A stretch of 64,000 nucleotides of DNA from Acidobacteriota bacterium (GTDB taxonomy: Bacteria; Acidobacteriota; Thermoanaerobaculia; Multivoradales; UBA5704): contig JBDTZG010000004.1 in the NCBI GenBank assembly GCA_040005235.1, positions 96,001 through 160,000 on the forward strand. Direction: 5' to 3'. The notes under the pieces were generated by a model that saw only the letters and a list, made by a program, of their open reading frames with translations, was not told the origin of the DNA and ran no database searches. The position numbers and the translations under genes were made by a program. This document shows positions 18,801-24,500 of this stretch, piece by piece (within the stretch, counting starts at the first letter, position 1; the number at the start of each line of letters is the position of its first letter).

Positions 18801-18986
18801 ATCGTCGCCGAAATCCTCTAGTTCTCCGTTGCCTGCTGACTCCAAGGCAGAGCGGTCAAAATCAATGGCTAGAAAACTCGCTGGAACCCGCTCTCTCGCG
18901 GGGAGGCGAAGGTAGAGCCTCTTGAGGGCACGTAGTGTGAGTACTCCTGTACCGCCAAGGCCGATAACCAGAGTCGCAATCGACAT
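15837..18986 (-). CDS. FtsZ/tubulin-like GTPase (Tubulin_2/FtsZl1-type), paralogue A, with helical middle region and C-terminal zinc ribbons, 1049 aa
   Basis: TLVIGLGGTG, FLAIDFD, GASQLRVLGRLGFF, SIAGGTGAGMLVD, GYLMLP and NAYACIREL motifs; Cys-rich tail. Start overlaps the vWA stop (TAATG). Confidence 0.88.
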   Translation of the reverse strand: MSIATLVIGLGGTGVLTLRALKRLYLRLPARERVPASFLAIDFDRSALESAGNGELEDFGDDEFLFLNPRTIQDALRHLDRVHGDQPAWANVLDWFPERVTIPVSEVEANGASQLRVLGRLGFFLNDESLGRTVRAKLHEIGGEVDSVRLSEDKRVILVGSIAGGTGAGMLVDMAYLARRQMGRPRVFGYLMLPEVFQDVDNGGRILQNAYACIRELCYLKDQQIPIQARYFHLPPLDIPVHGEAPFSRIFLCPSQGFCGTDPILAANVRIAESILGQLQRDIQLKTLSVAANVVSGDALTEQGRKRSHCFSTSGSQFVPLVPIENLDEVLFDSALRALKQPSFLAQIFAPKIEATNRSMMEVMRAGSITSVDPREGEEDLKPSGDTQSDDTSHRRLIRQWRGRIERHANEAKEQIFKGLEQQLAWIDQRLRGGHSDEVNASIERLKQFGELAFSEFSADDKIYSRKLDLFRVLTAPIPTLEPGEKRQVLPSAFDQFDAGIRDEVRTHVRAALTSLGESALARRGFLKGLLDDPRLFFYPFPQTTEALTEIRKRWENALARLSSHQKRRWWRPSKSPKVNQMIASRRALPEVQAGLADTSVQGCLDSTLRVRAIKELRETLRRALEETEQSLPGKEVWERVPEAELAPIAKLYQLTEPLLSIALEVLRTKLPSLLEGARTFASEKDPEVLRQRLFDLVQERIGQDQGLSGDHMILELNEKDAQARLREALVRCRQSVFERRTPNVLRVGFAFIMVPKGLVWPGKDADHLLKFIKASAAQILDSQVQVQWYHGSRIWIYTEDLFNPPDHIRNIEDYYQSYQASEFVELYHIDRRFLKLREFLDIRTTVSAAAVTCGNDACSYGIANVPRDTRNCPGCHRPIRSRCGNPDCTASELHKDPRRQDKSCPFCQGFNHAEWWTCCRHGEIPEEISIDKELCPRCIEEHRRDPIAFPKSRIGKRPDVREALFCPNCEDLHEKDRSHETFRVPADLICFYLDGVNGHDSEKFKMLAAHHGLPDNVRCPNCRTLLIPVDHATGRNCCTGEELKCPTH

Positions 18987-20905
18987 TAGTGCGAACTTTC
19001 CGAGCATGTAAAGGTTTGGATCGGTGTCGCGCCGTCGACAGCTGGAGGAGAAAGTGACCAGGCTAAGAATACTGCTACCAGAAAGACGGAACCGAACCAA
19101 TACCGAGGTTTCACTCGATCACGTTCAATTTGCTCAATATCCTTATCCGTTGGCGGTTGCGGGGCCTGGGCAATTTTCATTTCTCGGCCCGAGTAGTACC
19201 AGCGAACCAGGAAGTAGGTAAGTATAGAAAGTGCGAGAGCGACGAGCACAGATCGGCCGATCGGTCGCGAGAGCCAAGAAAAAACGGACTCGGTCGAGAG
19301 TAAGTTGAGTCGCGAAGCAGTGCTGCCTATATTAGCGAGACCGCCAGCAAAAATTGTCAGCAGATGATTCCATTCTATCGCGGCAAAGAACTTGCGTTTC
19401 GTGAGTCCGATAACGATACTAATAAGTGTAACAACAACACCAACCACTCCTTGAATACTGTTCGTGTGGCTGCTCCCAACATCCTCTTCCGGTTTAGTGA
19501 GCGACGCCTCCGATTTTTCGACATGAACTTCAAATTGGTTCTCAGAAAGTTCGCTTTCAAACCGCATCGGAACCGCAATCGCGATGGCATAGTTCTTAAA
19601 GTCTTTGATGTCTAGATCTTCCGGTACGTTAAAACAGCGTTTAACTTTCCCCTCATCGCTTTCGCTTCCGATTCGCTGGAGAGTTACCTGATAGGTTTCG
19701 TCTTTTGTGGAATCTCCTCGCATCGAAGCGAAGACGCGGAGAAGACCATCGTGACGAAGAAAGTTTCGTTCAAAAACCGACCTCTCGACACTTGCCTCGA
19801 CCCAGCCAACCACTTTGTCTGCTGTCCCATCAACGCCTTCTCGGGATATGGCGTGAATTCTATAGCTCGCAGTTGTGGCAGGGCAGGCGTCTGAGGGAAA
19901 GAGAAGCTCATCTGCCGTCGACCTTTGCATGGCGAGAGCGTTCGCAAATTTAGAACCAATTAGAGGTAGGTCTTTGGGGTCACCGATGGCTATCCCGTTT
20001 GCGTCGATGCAAGCGAGTTCGATGCGTGAGAGGCGAACCTCTGCGGCATTCGGATTTTGAATTTCGAGGTGAATAGTTCTTTGCCGAACGCTAGGCAACG
20101 CTACTACGGAGAGTGGGAAATAGAGGCGACGTTTGATTTCTTGGGCAAGGTCGCGGGCATTAATGCCACCTGACCCGATTTCTCGCCGCTCCAAGCCCCG
20201 AACCTTCTCGAGGTCGTCGAGCACCTGGGTACGAAGACGGTTCTCAGCCTCGTCCGTTGCTGTCAGTGGGGCGACGCCGAGGAGGAGAGGATTTCGGGTG
20301 TCATTGCCACTCGCCGTGCGATCTTCAAGCCATGGTTTGAGGGTGATGTCCAGAACTTGCTGCCAGTCGGTCATCGCGCGTTGCCAGTAGGCAGGGTCGT
20401 TGGTTGATTTCTTACGGCCAATACGGGATGGCTCATGCACGAAGTCGCTGGCGATGATGGCCACCTCTCGCATGAACTTTCGATCGCGAGAGGAGAGCTG
20501 CGCCCGAAGGCTCTCGGCAACAGCTTGAAAATCGGTTCGCTGGAGCGCGGGATTCCGGAGGGGGTCGTTCTGAATGGCCAAGATCCTCTCTCTCAGAGTT
20601 TCGATGAGCGGGCGATCGAGTGAACCACCCGGCAGAGGATCTTCGTCAAGGATTCGGTCGGCGAAAAGAAAGAAGCGGACTTCGTCGTTCGCAGTCAGAA
20701 ATTCGGGCTCGCGAAGAAGGAGTTGGAGGGCCTCGACGGTTTTTACAAAGGGAGAGTCGTCCTTGTCAGGGTGCATGCTCCCCGAAAGGTCGAGGTACAC
20801 GAGAACCCTCTTCGAGAATGCCTCCTGCGATTCAGCGCTGGCGGCGCCAAAGGCGGGGCAGAAGAAGACATACAGGAGTAGAAATGGGTAAGTAGTTCGT
20901 CTCAT
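18986..20905 (-). CDS. Membrane-anchored extracytoplasmic von Willebrand factor A (vWA) domain protein
   Basis: N-terminal signal peptide; MIDAS DLSGS...TDF...SDF; beta-rich middle region; 3-4 C-terminal hydrophobic helices; RBS GGAG. Confidence 0.8.
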   Translation of the reverse strand: MRRTTYPFLLLYVFFCPAFGAASAESQEAFSKRVLVYLDLSGSMHPDKDDSPFVKTVEALQLLLREPEFLTANDEVRFFLFADRILDEDPLPGGSLDRPLIETLRERILAIQNDPLRNPALQRTDFQAVAESLRAQLSSRDRKFMREVAIIASDFVHEPSRIGRKKSTNDPAYWQRAMTDWQQVLDITLKPWLEDRTASGNDTRNPLLLGVAPLTATDEAENRLRTQVLDDLEKVRGLERREIGSGGINARDLAQEIKRRLYFPLSVVALPSVRQRTIHLEIQNPNAAEVRLSRIELACIDANGIAIGDPKDLPLIGSKFANALAMQRSTADELLFPSDACPATTASYRIHAISREGVDGTADKVVGWVEASVERSVFERNFLRHDGLLRVFASMRGDSTKDETYQVTLQRIGSESDEGKVKRCFNVPEDLDIKDFKNYAIAIAVPMRFESELSENQFEVHVEKSEASLTKPEEDVGSSHTNSIQGVVGVVVTLISIVIGLTKRKFFAAIEWNHLLTIFAGGLANIGSTASRLNLLSTESVFSWLSRPIGRSVLVALALSILTYFLVRWYYSGREMKIAQAPQPPTDKDIEQIERDRVKPRYWFGSVFLVAVFLAWSLSPPAVDGATPIQTFTCSESSH

Positions 20906-20938
20906 GGCTGCTCCAAAGGGTTTTAGTGAAATTAGGTA

Positions 20939-20954
20939 AGCAGGGTGCGTGCCG
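20939..20954 (-). promoter_or_regulatory. Sigma-54 (-24/-12) promoter of the vWA-tubulin operon
   Basis: Minus strand CGGCACGCACCCTGCT versus consensus TGGCACG-N4-TTGCW, with exact GG-N10-GC spacing, 34 bp upstream of the vWA ATG. Confidence 0.75.
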
Positions 20955-21052
20955 CAGAGGAAAATGCGCGCTGAAAGTGAGCTAAGTCGAACAGTTTTAG
21001 AGGCTTACGCCGGAGTGGACTAGCAGGACGGCCCACCAATTCGAGGCGTTCA

Positions 21053-21071
21053 GGAAACACCTACCGTTTCC
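21053..21071. promoter_or_regulatory. Inverted repeat GGAAAC-N7-GTTTCC: candidate enhancer (UAS) or terminator hairpin of the activator gene
   Basis: About 100-120 bp upstream of the -24 element and 30 bp downstream of the activator stop. Confidence 0.35.
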
Positions 21072-21099
21072 CTGGGGTAACGCTTCTCCCCCTCCCCCT

Positions 21100-22170
21100 C
21101 TAGGGTCTCTCGATCCCGTATTGGTGAAGCTTCGCGTAGAGCGACTTCGGACTGATCTCCAGGATGCGGGACGCGCGGCGTAAGTTAAAGCTGGTGAGTC
21201 GGCATACCTCGAGGATGTAGCGACGCTCGGCGAACTCTCGGACCTTGCGAAGCGATTGGGGTTGATCGAACCACGGGAGATCGCTGGTTCGCCAGGAGGA
21301 AGGGCAAACCGCTTCCACATCCTGAGGTGTGATGACTTGGCGTTCTCCAACCTCGGCGATAAGCCGGACGACGAGCTTGTCCAGTCCCCGCACGTTGTCG
21401 GGAAAGTTCCGCGCTTGAATTGCGGGCCAGCAGTCTTCGTCGAAATGGAGCTTGAGGTCGGCGCGCATCCCTTTGCGCCCAAGGTCGAGGAGGTTTCTCT
21501 GCAGGAGCTGTTCGCAAAGGAGGGGAATATCCTCTTTCCTCGCACGTAGCGGGGGAATTGAGAGCTCGAAGTAGTCGAGCCGGCTGACAAAGTCGCTCTT
21601 AAGTCGCCCGGCCTCGACTTCGGCGGGAACGTCCTTGTTCGTGGTCGCGACGAACCGCACATCGACGGCGTGAGACTTCTCAGACCCAAGGGAATAGAAG
21701 GTTCCGTCTACCAGGACGCGATGAAGACGGTCCTGCTGTGGTGGGCTCAGGCGCTCGAAGTCGTCGAGCACGAGGACGCCGCCGTGCGCCTGGTCGAGAC
21801 GCCCGCTGAGATCCCGCACTGCCCCAGTGAACGAACCGGCGCGATGCCCAAAGAGAGCGTTGTCGAGCTCGGGTAGGGAGCCGCAGTCGACAACTACGAA
21901 AGGTCCTCCCTTACGGGGGGATTGAAGATGAATATGGCGAGCAAGGTGACTCTTTCCGGAGCCAACCTCGCCTGTAATGAGAATGGGCCGATCCCCGCCG
22001 ATCGCCGCTCGACGGGCTTGGTCGAAGAGATTGGCGATCGCTTCGGACTGTCCGACGAAAGCGATGGAAGAACTCGCAACGCCTGATGTGGATCCCTCGG
22101 ACCATAAGGATCTCTGAGCCCTTGCACTTCGAGGGGCCGACTCCACAGGAAAAGTCCTCCGTTCAAGCAT
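21100..22170 (-). CDS. Sigma-54-dependent enhancer-binding protein (AAA+ plus Fis-type HTH) lacking an N-terminal sensor domain
   Basis: ILITGEVGSGKS (Walker A), PFVVVDC, LFGHRAGSFTGA, DVRFVATTNKD, IPPLRARKEDIP and C-terminal NLRRASRILEISPKSLYAKL. Confidence 0.92.
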   Translation of the reverse strand: MLERRTFPVESAPRSARAQRSLWSEGSTSGVASSSIAFVGQSEAIANLFDQARRAAIGGDRPILITGEVGSGKSHLARHIHLQSPRKGGPFVVVDCGSLPELDNALFGHRAGSFTGAVRDLSGRLDQAHGGVLVLDDFERLSPPQQDRLHRVLVDGTFYSLGSEKSHAVDVRFVATTNKDVPAEVEAGRLKSDFVSRLDYFELSIPPLRARKEDIPLLCEQLLQRNLLDLGRKGMRADLKLHFDEDCWPAIQARNFPDNVRGLDKLVVRLIAEVGERQVITPQDVEAVCPSSWRTSDLPWFDQPQSLRKVREFAERRYILEVCRLTSFNLRRASRILEISPKSLYAKLHQYGIERP

Positions 22171-22188
22171 AGAAAAAATGTAATGTAT

Positions 22189-22207
22189 CGATGAATTAAA
22201 TTCATCG
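22189..22207. promoter_or_regulatory. Perfect 19-bp palindrome CGATGAATT-A-AATTCATCG, candidate operator
   Basis: 9-bp perfect arms in an AT-rich tract 18 bp upstream of the activator start codon. Confidence 0.6.
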
Positions 22208-22782
22208 TTATTCTATCAGAGTAAAGCGAGTTGACTGACATGCCGACCAGAGAGCGCTCGGTACGCAGATCTACCTTCTCGATTAGAAGACGCGAGGTTT
22301 GGAGTGTCTTCAGTCCAACAGGGACAGACAAACCCCGCCGCGAAAGCGACGAGACAATCTTAAAGCTCCCCCCTTACGCCGTTCGTCCCCAGCCACCCCA
22401 CCGCCGTGACCTCTCTCGCCGACCCTTCGCCGCCAGCCGCCGCGCGAACCGCCCGGCGAACACCTTCGCCATCGCTCCTGAGCTAAAGGTTTTTGCTAGG
22501 GGAACCGCCCGGGGGGAGAGGGTGCGGCACTCTTCGGGGGGCGGAGACGCAGACGGTCGGGATGGCTCTGGCGTAGGTAATCCAGTCGATGGCGGCGGTG
22601 GAGGGTTCGGGGGATTCCAGGCCGACGATGATTTCGCCGCTGGTGACCTGGGGAGAACGCCCCCCCGCTCCACAGTCGATCCGGAGGTTTTTCAACTCCC
22701 AGATCCACGGTCTTGTCCCCCCTGGGCCTCTTGCCTCACCTTGATTGTTTAGGGTTCCCTCCTTGAACCTAGAGGAGTCGCT

Positions 22783-24360
22783 ATGGCGAAGGCGATCGTG
22801 ATTGTGGGAGGGGGTACGGCGGGCTGGATGGCCGCGTCGTATCTCAAGAAGGCGTTGCCCAAGGTCGACGTGACGGTGATCGAGTCGGCCAACGTCGGAA
22901 CGATCGGGGTCGGCGAAGCCACGTTTTCTACCGTCAAGCTGTTTTTCGATTTTCTTGGGTTAGACGAGAGCGAGTGGATGCCAAGCTGCAACGCCACCTA
23001 CAAGATGGCGATCCGGTTCGTCGGCTGGCGCGCCGACGGGGGGCACTTCTACCACCCATTCCAGCGCTACGAAGTGGTCGACGGCTTCAACCTCGGCGAC
23101 TGGTGGATGCGGTTGAAGCGCCATGAAGAGCCGTTCGACTATGCCTGCTTTCCGACCCCGGCCCTGTGCGACGCCCAGCGCTCGCCCCGCTTCCTGGACG
23201 GCCGCGTTTACGACGATCATGTCCAGGATTACTTCCTTGGGGAAGTCGGCGGCCACAACAACATCATCATGGACCACAAGGTCCAGTACCCTTACGCCTA
23301 CCATTTCGATGCCGGCCTGCTCGCGGTCTTCTTAAAGGACTTTGCGATGGCCCGCGGCGTCCACCGGATCGTCGACGACGTCGCCGGGGTGGTGCGCGAC
23401 GACCGGGGGTGGATCGACCATCTGGTGACCCAAGAGCACGGCGATCTGTCGGCCGATCTGTTCGTCGACTGCACGGGGTTCCGCGGCCTGCTGATCAACC
23501 AGGCGCTCGGCGAGGAGTTCCTATCGTTCTCGGAATCGCTGCTCTGCGATCGGGCGATCGCTTTACAGGTTCCGCGGGACGTGCGGGCTCACGGGATCAA
23601 CCCGTTCACCTCGGCGACGGCGATGTCGGCCGGCTGGTCGTGGAACATTCCGCTCTATGGCCGGGTGGGCACCGGGTATGTCTATTCGAGCGCCTTCCTC
23701 TCGCCCGACGAGGCGGAAAAGGAATTCCGCGCCTATCTGGGGCCGGCGTCCGAGGGCTTGAAGGCCAACCACATCAAGATGCGGATCGGGCGCAACCGCA
23801 ATTCCTGGGTCGGCAACTGCGTCGCGATCGGCCTGGCCAGCGGCTTCGTCGAGCCGCTCGAATCGACCGGGATCTTCTTCATCCAGAACGGTATCGAGGA
23901 ATTGGTCAACCACTTCCCGAGCCATGAAATCGACGATGCCACGGTACGCAGCTACAACCGGGTGATCGGCGACTGCATCGACGGGGTACGCGACTTCCTG
24001 ACCCTTCATTACTGTGCGAGCGATCGGGCGGACAACGATTTCTGGCGCGCGACCAAGATGGTCGTTCCTTCGAATTTCCTTGCCGAGCGGCTGGAGCTCT
24101 GGAAGCGGCGCCTGCCGAACGCACGCAGCATCCCGCAGAGCTTCCATGGCTTCGAGTCCTACTCCTACTCGGTGATGCTGCTCGGCTTGAACTACCGGCC
24201 CATGTCGAGCCTGCCGGCGCTCGACCAGGTGCCCTCGGGCAACGCGTTGCGCGCTTTTTCGGCGCTTCGCGAGCGGACGCGGAAGCTGGTCGCCGAGCTT
24301 CCTTCGCAGCTGGAGTACCTGACTTTCATTCGGGAGCAGGTCGGAGCGGCGGTGGCGTAA
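22783..24360 (+). CDS. Flavin-dependent tryptophan halogenase (PyrH/SttH-like)
   Basis: GGGTAGW, GVGEATFS, YKMAIRF (catalytic Lys), YAYHFDA, WSWNIPL (WxWxIP), FVEPLESTG and HGFESYS motifs; RBS AGAGGAG. Confidence 0.93.
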   Translation: MAKAIVIVGGGTAGWMAASYLKKALPKVDVTVIESANVGTIGVGEATFSTVKLFFDFLGLDESEWMPSCNATYKMAIRFVGWRADGGHFYHPFQRYEVVDGFNLGDWWMRLKRHEEPFDYACFPTPALCDAQRSPRFLDGRVYDDHVQDYFLGEVGGHNNIIMDHKVQYPYAYHFDAGLLAVFLKDFAMARGVHRIVDDVAGVVRDDRGWIDHLVTQEHGDLSADLFVDCTGFRGLLINQALGEEFLSFSESLLCDRAIALQVPRDVRAHGINPFTSATAMSAGWSWNIPLYGRVGTGYVYSSAFLSPDEAEKEFRAYLGPASEGLKANHIKMRIGRNRNSWVGNCVAIGLASGFVEPLESTGIFFIQNGIEELVNHFPSHEIDDATVRSYNRVIGDCIDGVRDFLTLHYCASDRADNDFWRATKMVVPSNFLAERLELWKRRLPNARSIPQSFHGFESYSYSVMLLGLNYRPMSSLPALDQVPSGNALRAFSALRERTRKLVAELPSQLEYLTFIREQVGAAVA

Positions 24361-24363
24361 GCA

Positions 24364-24500
24364 GCCCTCACCCCCGTCCCCTCTCCCATCCGCCCTCCCA
24401 CCGCCCGGGAGAGGGGCGCCCCCACCCGAGAGGTTGTTCTTCCCCCTCTCCCGGTTGGGCGGGAGTGCGGATGGGAGAGGGGGACCGAGGGGGCGAGGGC
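24364..24500. repeat. REP-like long imperfect inverted repeat between convergent genes
   Basis: GCCCTCACCCCCGTCCCCTCTCCCATCCG pairs with CGGATGGGAGAGGGGGACCGAGGGGGCGAGGGC; internal CCCCTCTCCC/GGGAGAGGGG sub-hairpins. Confidence 0.75.

Larger units (their letters stand above)
12560..22330. mobile_element. Putative horizontally acquired island carrying the sigma-54 activator/vWA/tubulin-like/zinc-ribbon system; no mobility gene visible
   Basis: Visibly higher A+T and non-host codon usage between the arnT stop and about 22.3 kb. Boundaries are approximate; no att repeats found. Confidence 0.55.

Noticed and set aside
12602-18986. Calling the tubulin-like genes ftsZ, tubZ or phuZ
   Set aside because: They are much longer, carry Tubulin_2-style GA.Q/R.R..GRL motifs, and have no division, plasmid or phage context.
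18987-19100. Longer start for tubulin-like GTPase A (1087 aa)
   Set aside because: It overlaps the vWA gene. The GTPase fold starts at MSIATLVIGLGG with TAATG coupling at 18986.
12555-22380. att sites, target-site duplication or integrase for the island
   Set aside because: No direct repeats were found by eye at the approximate boundaries, and there is no recombinase or tRNA gene.
22330-22780. Possible gene remnant (IIVGLESPEPSTAAIDW resembles a UspA N-terminus) or ncRNA between island and halogenase
   Set aside because: The similarity is too short, and there is no consistent frame or recognisable RNA structure.
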